64,000 bases of DNA, from contig NC_068987.1 in assembly GCF_001194135.2 (NCBI RefSeq), positions 54,946,725 to 55,010,724 on the forward strand. The letters run 5' to 3'. The DNA is from Octopus bimaculoides (Eukaryota). A program made the translations under genes and the position numbers. Below are positions 25,861-38,795 of the stretch, one piece after another; the stretch's first letter is position 1, and the number at the start of each line of letters is the position of its first letter. The notes beneath the pieces are model-generated. The model saw only the letters and a list, made by a program, of their open reading frames with translations, made no database searches and was not told the DNA's origin.

Positions 25861-26094
25861 GATAAAAGATATATATATATATATTAGTTTGTTAGTTCAA
25901 ACACTTCTATACAGTATACCATTTTGATACTTCCGGAGTTGATAAGACTGGTTTTATCAGTCAAGTGTATTGATGTGTACGTGTGTGTGTGCANNNNNNN
26001 NNNNNNNNNNNNNNNNNNNNNNNNNNNNNNNNNNNNNNNNNNNNNNNNNNNNNNNNNNNNNNNNNNNNNNNNNNNNNNNNNNNNNNNNNNNNNG

Positions 26095-26355
26095 CAATGC
26101 TGGTACTTATTCTTTTAGTCTCTTTTTACCAAACTTCTAATTTAGGGGAGACCCAAACAAACCAACGTAGTTTGTCAAACAATGGTCATACACACGCAAA
26201 CTCATATACAGTTTCTTTCTTCAAAATTCGTTCTCGAGGAATTGATCAGCTGAGTGCTGTAGTAGAAGGCATTTGCCAAAAGTGGTGTGCAGTAGGACTG
26301 AACCTGACATCACATGGTTGTGAAGTGAACTTCTTACCCATTCAGTCATTGCCTG
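26095..26355 (-). mobile_element. Decayed SINE family A
   Basis: Reverse-complement match to head and body. Confidence 0.7.
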
Positions 26356-27529
26356 CAGTAGAACAGTTTTAAGTTTCAGTACCAACATAACCTGTGTTTA
26401 AAATACAAATTGCTAATTGGTGAATATTAATATTTTTAGATTCAGCAATTGATAATTTAGTTACCCCTTCCCTACCTCAATCTCGAAAAATAATAAAATA
26501 AAACCTTTTAATTATTTGGGTTCATAAAAAGTTACCTTGTAGCTTTCAATTTACATTTTTTTTTTTAGACCAAGACTTTAATGTTGTTTCTAAATTTTCT
26601 TTTTTCCTTTTCCCAATAAACACTTTACGCATTTTCAAATCATGTTGTGCAACATTTAAAAAATGTTCTACAATTGTTTATAGTTAAAGAATACATTAAC
26701 AAAAAGAATGAAAGCAATTCAATTTGGAATTGAAGACTTTTTGAGAGTAGTTAAAATCAATTTATAAAATGTTGGTTCGGTGTAATAATTTTGTAGTAAA
26801 ACAACAAAAGGGGGGGGGGGGAGACAATTCTAATGGAACAGAAATTTTGTTTGTTCATAACATTGGTTTTTGTTTCACCTGGAATAAAGTCCTCTATTAT
26901 TTTTATTTTGGAAGAGGTAGGTGTAAGGGAATTGAATGAACACCAACTTAAGGAATAAAGAAAGCTTGTCCATATACTGTAGAGACAAAACTCTTCTTTT
27001 AATTATTCCCCTTCTCTACATGCATCTCGTACCTATTTTATTCATGTCCCATGCTGGTATGGGTTGGACTAATTGACAAGATTCAATGGGTCCAAGGACT
27101 NNNNNNNNNNNNNNNNNNNNNNNNNNNNNNNNNNNNNNNNNNNNNNNNNNNNNNNNNNNNNNNNNNNNNNNNNNNNNNNNNNNNNNNNNNNNNNNNNNNN
27201 NNNNNNNNNNNNNNNNNNNNNNNNNNNNNNNNNNNNNNNNNNNNNNNNNNNNNNNNNNNNNNNNNNNNNNNNNNNNNNNNNNNNNNNNNNNNNNNNNNNN
27301 NNNNNNNNNNNNNNNNNNNNNNNNNNNNNNNNNNNNNNNNNNNNNNNNNNNNNNNNNNNNNNNNNNNNNNNNNNNNNNNNNNNNNNNNNNNNNNNNNNNN
27401 NNNNNNNNNNNNNNNNNNNNNNNNNNNNNNNNNNNNNNNNNNNNNNNNNNNNNNNNNNNNNNNNNNNNNNNNNNNNNNNNNNNNNNNNNNNNNNNNNNNN
27501 NNNNNNNNNNNNNNNNNNNNNNNNNNNCT

Positions 27530-27833
27530 GGGATTTTGCTGTAACACGAACTACTGAGCCTGTTTTGGGCTCGTAAACAAAGAAAATGGCGACTGATTAG
27601 TTCGGCGAACTTTTCCAAAGTTATTCCACCAATCAACAGTAATCTTTCACTTGAAAAAAATACTCAGTGTTTCTTAACACTGTCTGTGATTGGCTACACT
27701 GTTTCTGGGGTGAAAGGGTATCATGTGCATACATTATGCGTCATCAAAATTAGGTCAGATCATGCCCTACTTCCGTGGCCTGTCGCACTGTCGTGTTGGC
27801 CACTGAGGTGGCCTATCGCAGTTTATTGGTTAA
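27530..27833 (-). mobile_element. TTAA-type MITE family 3, inverted relative to the copy at 42144
   Basis: Reverse complement of 42144-42401 over about 250 bp; end GCAGTTTATTGG-TTAA. Confidence 0.8.
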
Positions 27834-27900
27834 TCATTAATATTGCATATATCAGCAATATTGAAGGCTAAAGCTTTATTGCTTATTTTTGTATGTTTAA

Positions 27901-28103
27901 CCCTTTAGAATTCATGTTTCTCTGTCAAATGTAATGCTTATATATCCACAGTTTTGAATTAATCATGCATTATCTCATAGCTTTGGGATTTCATTGATAT
28001 GATTGTATGTTTTTAAAATGATGTTGGGGCCAGATCTGATTGGTTTGAACATAAAACAAGTAGAATATTTAGGTTGATTATGGCCAGTTTACATGCTAAA
28101 GAT
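27901..28103 (+). mobile_element. piggyBac-type MITE family 1
   Basis: TTAA-CCCTTTAG start; body shared with 35638 and 47310-48107. Confidence 0.8.
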
Positions 28104-28824
28104 TCAAACCACAGAAAGCCTTTTAGTACATTTCTAAAGAAATATGCTACTTTTTGTTTTAAATAATTTTCGAAATAATCAAGAATTTAATAAATAATTT
28201 TGTCATTATTAAGCCAGTGTTTGAAACAAATTAACATAAAATTTTGAAGAAAGGTTTTAATTTAGACCACTTTAACATAGGAAGATTTGTCATAAAATCA
28301 GAGGAGGGGTTTCAGTTGGATTGGTATCAAAGTTAGTGTGACTGGTGAAGTTTTAGTTTGCCATTGTATGAAAAGATAAAGTCAATGTATGAAGTGAAAA
28401 GTTTACTGTGCTAGTAATGAATACAATGAGAGAAAGGAAGATTTGCTGATTTAATAGTTTCTGTTAGTGATTCTATTTTGAAATGATTGTTGCTTTATTG
28501 GATGTTGTTGATAAGTCAGGATCTCGTATTTTAAACTGAACACATACACATTTGCACACTTGAATAACCTGATTTATTTATACTGGCTAAAGTATCTTGT
28601 CTCTTTCTCACAATGTTATGCCACTTAAACGAAACCTGCGTGGTTTTATTAAAAGCATTTCTTTGAGAAAGTATAAAGATGATTTTTCTCAAAGAGAGTT
28701 ATGTTCAATGATAAGAGACGTTGTCCTAGAAATTTATCATATTTTGTCAAGACAAAAATTTTCTTTCCGATTTGTGTGAACTAGGATACCCAAGTTTATC
28801 GGAGTCGATCTTATAATGGTTATG

Positions 28825-29240
28825 GTGCAGGCATGGTGGTGTGGTTAAGAAGTTTGCTTCTCAGCCACTTGGTTTCGGGTTCAGTTCCACTGTGTAGTCC
28901 TTCAGGTATATATCTTCTATTCTAATCCCAAACTGACCAAAGCCTGGTGAGTAGATCTAGACAAACTGAAAGAAACCTGATGTGTTTGTGTCTATTTTTT
29001 TTTTCTACTTCTTTGATATCGCGTGATAGCTTATAAACTGGTTTCACATCATGTCATACAAACGGTGTCATTCGTTTCTAGTATTTCGTGAAAACATATC
29101 CTGCCAAGGGGCTATATTACCTTATTTTGACGCTGGGATTTGAGTTGGATGACAGGACGGGCATCTATCTGTAGAAAAATTTGTTTCAATGAATTCCGTT
29201 CGACCCTTATACAAGCATGGAAAAGAATGTGTTAAAATAT
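28825..29240 (+). mobile_element. SINE family B
   Basis: tRNA-like head plus family B tail. Confidence 0.75.
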
Positions 29241-29409
29241 CTCCTTCTAGATAGATGTTTTAAAGAATTTTAGTTTTCATAGGATTGAGGTTACATTTAA
29301 TTCCACCAATGTCCAAAGGATATAATAATAATATTTAGTAATAGGTGTATTGTGATTTTATTTTCATTAGAAAATGTTTTCGTTTCTATTAACTAAATGA
29401 GAAGGCTTA

Positions 29410-29573
29410 TTCTTTTGTTTCACTCAGTGAACTGTGACCCTGCTGAGGTATCTCCTAGGGTTTTAGTCGAACAAATAGACCCTTATACTTATACCATCCT
29501 CTCTTTTTGCTGAACTGCTAAGTTATGCAGACATAAACAAGTGGTAGTGATGGAAACAAACACATATATGTAT

Positions 29574-29633
<60 letters not shown>

Positions 29634-29760
29634 CTCTCTCTTCCTCTGTTTTCACCTACCAAATCCACTCGCAGAGCTTTGGTCGGTCCGGATCTATAGT
29701 GAAATACACTTGCCCAAGGATCACATAGTGGGATTGAACTCGAAACCATGTCGTTGTTGT
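29410..29760 (-). mobile_element. Decayed SINE family A with expanded (CA)n
   Basis: Reverse-complement match. Confidence 0.75.
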
Positions 29761-30549
29761 GAGGCTTAGCATATTCGTAAAAGAAAACTTTGTTTTCATC
29801 TTCACTTACAAGTGAAATTATCAACCATGCAGATTAAGCACTGAAAAGCTGGTCCGTTTCATGGATCTATTTCAACATACACGCTTGCCTATTTTTTTTC
29901 TGTCTTTTTCTGTTTCACTCTTTGATTTTCTTTACCTCATTTACTAAAATCTGGTCTGTCTCTAAGTAGATTTACAGGTTAAACGACAAGCAAGAGAAGT
30001 TGCTCCACCAGCAAGGAAGGTTGTAGAATTAAAGAGGCAATAACACATAACAGTAAACAGCTTCCAGTATCTCTTGCTTAGAATTTGAAGTACAGGCAGT
30101 ATATCTGTCTATAAGATTGCATAGGTGCTTATTTTATCGACTTCACGGATGAATGATATGTCACGTCAAGCTTGGCTGGATTTCAACATTGTAGTTGGGC
30201 GACCTGCCAATTTTGTTAATTCACCCATATTATTTACCTTAATTAATCAATATAGTTATTCATCCATCCTCTACAAGCAAATTAATTATATATTTAAGGG
30301 TTCATAAATCGTTTATATATATATATATAATGATGATTGCTTATATTCATTTATATTGCCATATATATATATAAATATATAATGCCATATTTGTTTTAAA
30401 AATACATTTATAGTTATATGTATTTTACATCGGATTACTCAAATATAACCCTGTGGAAGAATTGCGTTTGTTTTCCCAAGTCTAAGATATGAATGACAAT
30501 GATCGTGGTATTCATTGTAGCTTATTTTCCTGAACGTTCTTGAAAGTAA

Positions 30550-31062
30550 TATGACCTGCGTTCAAAAAGTATCCAACCTTTGGACATATGATATGGAGCT
30601 CTGCCGTCGTTTTCTCATAATTTCTTCTCGCGACTTAAATCACTTCCCTTTCTGCGTGGTTTTCAGTTTGGGGAAGAGCCAGAAGTCACACGGTGCCAAG
30701 TTGGGAGAGTAGGGAACCTGTCGAACAAGTGTTGCGATGTTCTTGACCAGGTAAGCTTGGATTATGTGGGCGGATGAGCTGGCACGCAATCGTAATGAAG
30801 TTGTCGATTCTTCGCCGCCCACATGTCCAGCTGCTTTCGACGAACAACATCATGAAGGTGACATATAACCTCTAGGTCGTATTTCCTATTGATTGTTTGA
30901 CCTTGTGGTGCGTATTCATAATACACAATATCACCGGAGTCAAAGTAACAGATCGACTTTACCTTCACATTGCTGTGAACCTGTTGTGCTTTTTGGGTCA
31001 TAGGTGATGTCGGATGTTTACATGTCTCATCTCCAGTGACGATGATCTTTGGGAAGCCTGAG
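30550..31062 (-). mobile_element. Decayed mariner (Tc1/mariner, DD34D type) transposase 3' half with one terminal inverted repeat
   Basis: Minus-strand KIIVTGDET...YDP, KVKSICYFDSGDIVYYEYAPQGQTINRKY and PYSPNLAPCDFWLFPKLK motifs, with frameshifts; TIR-like TGCGTTCAAAAAGTATCCAACC next to TA at 30550. Confidence 0.93.
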
Positions 31063-31169
31063 TCATATTAAAATGTTTCATTTTCGAGTTTGCCGTCTAG
31101 TTCAATTTTTCATGGTTTCTAACCTTTTAATAACACAATATTGTATCACTTATAATTATTTAGAGCGTA

Positions 31170-31500
31170 AAAGGTGGTGAGCTACCAGCATCGTTAGCAC
31201 TGCTATACGTGCTGAGTTCAAATTCCATGAAGGTCGACTTTGCCTTTCATCCTTTCGGAGATTGATAGAATAAGTACTAGTTGAGTACTGGGGACGATGT
31301 AATCGACTAGACCCCTCTCTCACTATTTCAGGCCTTGTGCCTAGTAGAAAAAAAAATGGAGTGTAGGCTCTGTATGGCTGAATAGTTAAGAGGTTCACTT
31401 TCTAATCACCAAGTCTCGAGTTCGATTCCACTGTATAGCACCTTTGGCAAGTGTCATTTTTAAAGCCTCGGGCCGACCTATACTTTGAAATTGGGTAGAC
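31170..31500 (+). mobile_element. SINE family D copy (31170-31350) followed by a family A-type head (31360-31500)
   Basis: Consensus matches. Confidence 0.8.
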
Positions 31501-31749
31501 TGAAGCTGGGCATTCAAAAGCTGTAAATTCTTCTATTCTCTATATTTTAACACGTAAAGCGCAACGGACCATGATCGTGACCAAGTTAGATGCATTTAAT
31601 TTATGGGCGTTTGTTGGGGTCTGTCACTCAAATGCTCTGATACCCCTCAGAATGCAAGAGGACTAATAGTTCAACTAATGACTTTTCAGATGATGCAAAA
31701 CTTGCCACCATTATATACTAAGAAGATATTTGAACTATTTTTTGTTTTT

Positions 31750-33300
31750 TATGTGTGCATGGTAGTCTCATTTTCATAAAATGCGCCCAGCAGTCCATGC
31801 TATGTAAGTGCAAGTCCCAGCGCTTTGTGGATTAAGTATCGTAGATTCCGAATCTACCAATAAATTATTTGGGGTGGTGGGAGGTGACCCTTCTTTTCTC
31901 CGTAATTTTTTAGTGTTGTGTTTCATTTCATTTTTTTACTTACGTTTTAATTTTCACCTCTATTTTATAGGAATACCGGAAAGTTGGTTAGCATGTAGTT
32001 TAAGGGGAAATAATAATAATAATTATAATTATAATCTGTCAATTGACCAGAAGTTACGATAATTTACATGTAAATACTCTCTAGTGAATTGACAGGAACA
32101 ACTGCCTATACTGCTCAATAGTGAAAGAAGATTATTACATTGCTCAAATGTAACTGTGTTGGCTATCATGCATCGACATCGAAGCCATGTTCATTGCTGG
32201 CTTTGTAGTTCGTGGGAACGGGTATACCTCATCTGTTTATGATACACTTAAGATATTACGAGAGGGTACTACACTACAAGTAGGTACCCGTGGACACGGC
32301 ATAGTGAGGGGGAGTTCTGTTAATAAAATTTAGAGATTTCACCGGTTTTCTTTATGGAATTTAACTCATTATTTCTGGTCAATTAACTTTCATTTCTCCT
32401 AAATTGCATATTAACCGAGAAGTGAATTGTACATGTAATTTATAAGTTACAGTCTTATCACACGTGTCAGTGAATTGCTTGGTTATTTACACGTTAATTC
32501 AACGAGCAAGTAGTTGAGTTAACCCAACAACTGAATCCACATTGTTGAACGATCACGGTTAGTCTCGTACTTACGGATGTAAATTATCTACCAAAAAATA
32601 AAATTGATTTTCCTGCTTCTACAGTCCTCTTTCAGTATCTCCTGTAAGTACGGTTTTCATATCCACCACTTAAAGTATTTGATGTTTGTCCTTGTAAAGA
32701 GATAAAACCATGAAATATATGGCGGTGGGGGTGAAAATCTGCTGAATTGTTTTTGTAAAAAGTGTCTCTAGAGATGTCTCTGCGTCTCGTAGCCTAAGGA
32801 GAGTTTAAAACATTTTTGTTTTTTCAAAGCTGTGTTGTAAAACCGCTTTTCGCGGTCAAAGGGTTATACCGAACTCGTGTCAATATTCTCTCTTTGTGTG
32901 TATGTACGAGTGTAGTGTGGCCTGTGTTTTGACTTCTCACTCTCAACAGTAATTTCATTGTTTCATATCTTGAAAAGGACAACTTCTAAAATGTAAATAT
33001 TTACATTTTCTCATGAACGATCGTTTTGTAACACTGACACAGCTTTGATCTAAAAACACAGTCAGCTCTTTAAGGTCTTGCCTTATATTATTAACAGACA
33101 TAACAACAGCTGGAACAAAGTTCATTCGGGCTAATTATTAAATGAATCTGAATCTGGGTTAACTAAATCTCTTGTTTGTAATTCAGTTTTATTTTTGGTA
33201 ACATTTCGATATTGCTGTTGTGTTCGAGAAGAGGTTTTTCAACAATAACGAGTTTGTAATACCGTTGCTTTAGGTCTTTGCGGGCTTAATGACTTAGTGT
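31750..33300 (+). promoter_or_regulatory. CpG-retaining unique island; possible promoter or first-exon region
   Basis: CpGs visibly more frequent than in the downstream 30 kb; strong + strand splice sites at 31803/31971, 32279 and 32625-32643. Confidence 0.3.
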
Positions 33301-33700
33301 GTTTGGGTGTGTCTCACCGACTGACAACGGTTGTTGGTGTGTCTCACCGACTGACAACGGTTGTTGGTGTGTTTACGTTCGGCTATCTTTCGATTTTGAT
33401 TTGAGAAAACGTCAACTGAAAGCACATGGGTTTTGTTTACATCTAATTGGCCTGTTAGGATTAGGGTTAGGGTTAGCCGATTAGATGTAAACAAAACCCA
33501 TGTGCTTTCAGTAGACGTTTTCTCACATCAAATCGAAAGATAGCCTTTACGTTCTTGTAACATAGCGGTTCTGCAAAGTGACCGTTGGAACTAGTGCCCG
33601 GCTTAAAAAAATAAGTACTGCGGTCGATCCATTCGACTAAAATTTAAGGTGGTGCCCCAGCATAACCACAGTGTAATGACTGAAACAAGTAAAAGAGTGT
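33300..33700 (+). mobile_element. 3' half of SINE family A carrying a 30-bp tandem duplication and a nested foldback element
   Basis: The SINE sequence resumes (GTAACATAGCGGTTC...GACTGAAACAAGTAAAAGA) after the insertion. Confidence 0.8.
33381..33545. mobile_element. Foldback MITE with about 70-bp inverted arms, telomeric-repeat spacer and 9-bp TSD (Mutator-like)
   Basis: Arms 33381-33451 and 33476-33545 differ by 3 substitutions and 1 indel; TTTACGTTC at 33372-33380 and 33546-33554. Confidence 0.9.
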
Positions 33701-35637
33701 GTGTGTGTGNNNNNNNNNNNNNNNNNNNNNNNNNNNNNNNNNNNNNNNNNNNNNNNNNNNNNNNNNNNTAAACACACACATGTACAATGTGGTACACTCA
33801 CTACGTATTAAAAATGCGGCTTTCATTATGCCCCAAATGCGTTTATGTATCCTCATCTGTGTAATTATGTGTGTAGTCAAATTGTGGTCGTAGGTTAAAA
33901 TAAGTTTCTTGCTCTTACTGAGCTATAATGGTATAAAGAAGAAAATAGTTCCTGGCGTTTTGCCAGTTTCTCTATGTATTGTGTTGCACTTGTTTACACC
34001 GTGAGTGTAGTCTTGGTTGTTATTATTATTACTTTTTGTTTAGTTATAATAAATAGGAAAATATCACCCATAGATAAATTTGACCAGACATAACCAAGAA
34101 CTATTGCCAAGTAATGTTGTTTACATCCATAGTTTTATATAATCGTTTTGTCTACATTTTTCTTGTGTTATTTTGTTTTCGCTTATATTTATTAATACAA
34201 TAGAAATGATTTTGTTTTTAAGTGGTTTTTATTTTCACTGTGGCGGATTTTTAGCATTCAGTGTTAAATAATTTTGTTAATGAGACCAACGCACTGTACT
34301 TGTGATGTGTCATGAACTGTCAACCTTTTTTTAGGTTTGTATAATGAAAACAGGGATACTGGTGATGATTGGCAATGATAATATTAAGTCTGTTGGCGAG
34401 TTCTCGTTGTTCATTTGCTTTGAGGATGTAAAGTCTAAAGTTTCGGGACCTTCCCCTTCCCAAGTGAATAAAGAAAAGAAATTTGAAATGTTGCTTGGAC
34501 TGAAGGCAATGTTGAATTTTGACTTGATGAAAGCCTCACCAAGTCCTCACTTAGCCCTTCAGAAATCTTTGATAATCTAAAAGAAGGATAATATTTGAAG
34601 GAAAAAATCGTTATATTTTTATTGATTTTTTTTTTTTTTNNNNNNNNNNNNNNNNNNNNNNNNNNNNNNNNNNNNNNNNNNNNNNNNNNNNNNNNNNNNN
34701 NNNNNNNNNNNNNNNNNNNNNNNNNNNNNNNNNNNNNNNNNNNNNNNNNNNNNNNNNNNNNNNNNNNNNNNNNNNNNNNNNNNNNNNNNNNNNNNNNNNN
34801 NNNNNNNNNNNNNNNNNNNNNNNNNNNNNNNNNNNNNNNNNNNNNNNNNNNNNNNNNNNNNNNNNNNNNNNNNNNNNNNNNNNNNNNNNNNNNNNNNNNN
34901 NNNNNNNNNNNNNNNNNNNNNNNNNNNNNNNNNNNNNNNNNNNNNNNNNNNNNNNNNNNNNNNNNNNNNNNNNNNNNNNNNNNNNNNNNNNNNNNNNNNN
35001 NNNNNNNNNNNNNNNNNNNNNNNNNNNNNNNNNNNNNNNNNNNNNNNNNNNNNNNNNNNNNNNNNNNNNNNNNNNNNNNNNNNNNNNNNNNNNNNNNNNN
35101 NNNNNNNNNNNNNNNNNNNNNNNNNNNNNNNNNNNNNNNNNNNNNNNNNNNNNNNNNNNNNNNNNNNNNNNNNNNNNNNNNNNNNNNNNNNNNNNNNNNN
35201 NNNNNNNNNNNNNNNNNNNNNNNNNNNNNNNNNNNNNNNNNNNNNNNNNNNNNNNNNNNNNNNNNNNNNNNNNNNNNNNNNNNNNNNNNNNNNNNNNNNN
35301 NNNNNNNNNNNNNNNNNNNNNNNNNNNNNNNNACGTTTCTCAAATGGCAGTTAACTTCAAAAAGCTTCCTCACTTTTACCCTAAGTTATATAAAGTTTGG
35401 AAGATCCTTTTTAGAGAATTATACCAAAATGTCTCTCAAAAGAATTGAAAGTATATATATCCCTTTTATTATTCTGTGGCTCCTTTGGATTGTGTGGTTG
35501 TAAGCTATATGTCTTTGTTTAGCTTTAGACTAAATCCAACGTTGGTTGGTAGGAAGTAAAACTGAAAGGTAGGAGTCATTTTATGAGTTCCCACAATTTA
35601 CCTGGCTAGAGTTTGTTCCAAATTTGTATGCTATTAA

Positions 35638-35847
35638 CCTTTTAGCATCCAGATTTCTCAGTCAAATGCAATGCTTTTTTATTCACACTGATATACATTA
35701 CCTTGTAGCTTTTGAGATTTCTATGACATGATAGCTAGTTTTCAGAATAATGTTGTAGGGTAAGTGAAAGAGGCTAGATTTGGCTAGTTTGAAAATAAAA
35801 CAGGTAGATTATTTTGGCCAATTATGGTTAGTTTAAATGCTAAAGGG
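35638..35847 (+). mobile_element. piggyBac-type MITE family 1, complete
   Basis: TTAA|CCTTTTAGCAT ... ATGCTAAAGGG|TTAA. Confidence 0.9.
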
Positions 35848-35894
35848 TTAAATAAACATCAGGTGAAGCAGAAGTTGAGTTTAATGGCACTATA

Positions 35895-36275
35895 GGCTAG
35901 TTGGTAATGTTGTGTTTAAGAAGTTTGCTTGCCAACCATATAGTTAGGGTTCAGTCTTACTGTGTAGCATCTTGGGCATTGTTAATTGTTTTTTATTGTA
36001 CCTCTTAACTAACTGAGTGTATGTTATAGATACAAACTGTGTGTGTGTGTGTGCGTCTTTTATCTAGACATCATGTGGTAGTTCTAAATGAGTGTCACCA
36101 TCATACAATTTTTGTCCCTGTTATTTCCAATCTTCTGTTAAAACGTATCTGGCTATGGCTAAATATTATTACCTTGCCTGGAAGCTTGGAAACAGGTGAG
36201 CGTTGAAGACAGGAAGAGCATTCAACATTAGAAAGTCTGTCTTTACAAACATGGAAAAATGGTTGTTAAAATGGT
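35895..36275 (+). mobile_element. SINE family B, decayed
   Basis: Head and tail match. Confidence 0.7.
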
Positions 36276-36336
36276 CTTATATATATGGATGAGTGAATTA
36301 TCCTTTGAATAACATCTGCGTTTAACTCCATTAATA

Positions 36337-36367
<31 letters not shown>

Positions 36368-36719
36368 CTGATTGATACACTAGCCCACTTTGCAAACGGA
36401 GTTAAATAATAAGTGGCTTATATCACTTTTAGCATCTATTTTTCAAGCATGTTGGGAAGTATAAACATACCCTTGTGCTGTATTTATATCTATATAATTG
36501 TATATCAGTATATACATATATATATGTATGCTGGGCCAAAAGTAATGGTCCAAGATAAGTGCAATATGTTCCGAAATTGTCAAAGACATGATTCAATTTT
36601 TCTAAAATTGAGTAAAATAAATAAAATAACTTATACAGGCATACTTGTACATGACCAATATTTACTGGACTATCTATCGGATGTTATACACTGCCAGTCA
36701 TACTGCTTCCTTGTATTGT

Positions 36720-36948
36720 TGTAGCTTTTGAATGATACCACTCCACTAGTTAGGCAGGCAGGCCAACATTACCCTTAAATGGAGTGCTAGTCCCTCACAG
36801 GGTTATCCATTTGCAGCTGAGTGAACTGGAGCAATGTGAACTGAAGTGTTTCGCTCAAGAGCACAAGGTACCACTGGTCTGGGAATCAAAACTACAATCT
36901 TCTGATTGTGAGTACAACACCCCAACCACTTAGCCATGTGCCTTCACA
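36720..36948 (-). mobile_element. tRNA-headed SINE family F
   Basis: Reverse complement begins GTGAAGGCACATGGCTAAGTGGTT...; related + strand copy near 63130-63240. Confidence 0.65.
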
Positions 36949-38120
36949 CATACACAAGTTTTTTTTTTAATATCATCAATGGTTTAACCAATGTTGATTA
37001 AATAAAACCAAAACTCAAGTGTTTAAAGCACAAATACAAACTACAATTTAAAAATTGGTCACAGGTCATATGTGAAGGGCCAAAAATATAAAGTTGAGGG
37101 GAAAAAAATATAGCAATTGAAAAATTTGTGATCAGTAAGCATACAACATTTTCCTTAACATACAAATGTTTCAGTGGCCTATAAAGATTTTGTGTGGCCA
37201 ACTTCATATATCCTTGAACTATACCATCCTCCAGGATCTCTATGCATTTAAAGCTTTCGGGGCACTTTTTGATAGTTTGTGTTGGAGAAAAAGTATCAGT
37301 CAATAGGTTGACTGACTTAGTAATATATGTGTGTGTATGTATACTTGCATATTTACACACATGCATGCACAATTTCATGTATGTAGCTGTCCTCTTTCCC
37401 TTTCTTTACAAATTTGTACTAGACATATTTCTGTAAATTCATATTTTCATCTGGATTTATGTTTATTGATCTGAACTTCTAAACAAATGTTTTTCATATC
37501 TTATTATTTCGTCTGAATGACTGAAGAATTAACAATTTATTGAAAGAAAATAATAATGATAATGTTTCTTCAAAGATTGATGAAAATGTTTTACTTTGTT
37601 TTTGAAACATTGAACTGAGAGAGGGAGAGAGTGAGAGTAAAAGCAAAAAATTACATGTATTTAAGTTTATTTTATTTTATTGCTTGCTTTATGTTGCCGA
37701 GTATCTCGTGCACATTGAACTATTAGCAGTGCAGCTGGTTTCAAAATGGAATTGCATTTCTTAGGAGAAGCATATAGGGGAGAGATTTTACTTTTGTTCA
37801 CCTCAGATTGGAAAAGATTGTATCCAACCCTGAAAACTACAAGGAATCCTTTGCACAGTTACTCAGTCTGTAAGAAAAAGCAGCCAGGCTTCCCCCAGCT
37901 TAAAAACATGAAGGTCTTATTTGGTTATGTAGTCATAAATACACTATGCCTGAATAAAAAAAAATTGGACAGTGATGACTGCAGTATAGGTCTGTTCAGT
38001 TAAAGTTGACCTGGAACTAAATATCAACCACAACAACAGTGCTATCACAGCATATAAATAGCACTTAGGGACTTCCATAGTTTTATTTTCATCTAAGCAG
38101 ATTAAATGTTATCACATTAA

Positions 38121-38795
38121 CCCTTTTGATACATACTAGCCTGAGACTGCCTCTGATTCTATGATAGAGATCTAAATTAAAACCTTCCTTCAAAATTTTG
38201 TGCTAATTGCCTAATTAATAATGGTTTTAAATTTTGGCGCAAGATCAGCCATTTCGGAGGATGGGGTAAGTTGATTACAACTGGTACTTATTTTATTGAC
38301 CCCGAAAAGATGAAAGGCAAAATTGACCTCAGCAGAGTTGGAACTTAGAATGTAATGACATATGAAATGCTGCTAAGCATTTTGCTTGGTTTGGTAATGA
38401 TTCTGCTAGCTTCCTGTCTTAGCTACATAATTAATAATGATAGTTATTTTACTAAATTCTTCATTGTTTCAAAAATTATTTGAAGCAAAAGCAGCGTTTT
38501 TCAACGGAAATCTAATAACGAAAGGTTTAAATTCTCTTTCCCATTGAGATTGTGCAACCTCAATGAGATGATTTGAATCATTGGCTCTTCAGTTAACACT
38601 TTTTGATAGCAACCCACCTGAGATGCCTCGAGTTCTATAATGCAAACTTCTTGTTTTAAAGTGGTTTAAACGTATACCTTCCATCAAAATTTCATATTTG
38701 TTTCAAACACAACTTAATGATTAATTCATTTTACTAAATTCTTTGTTATTTTAAAAATTTATTGAAACAAGGGTAATATGGGGTTACAAAAGGAT
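38121..38795 (+). mobile_element. Two adjacent piggyBac-type MITE family 2 copies, the first interrupted by a minus-strand SINE D (about 38230-38410)
   Basis: TTAA|CCCTTTTGATAC start; GGTTACAAAAGG end; body matches 52757-52978. Confidence 0.75.

Noticed and set aside
33307-33371. Two 30-bp direct repeats (CRISPR-like length)
   Set aside because: Head-to-tail duplication with no spacer, inside a SINE in eukaryotic DNA.
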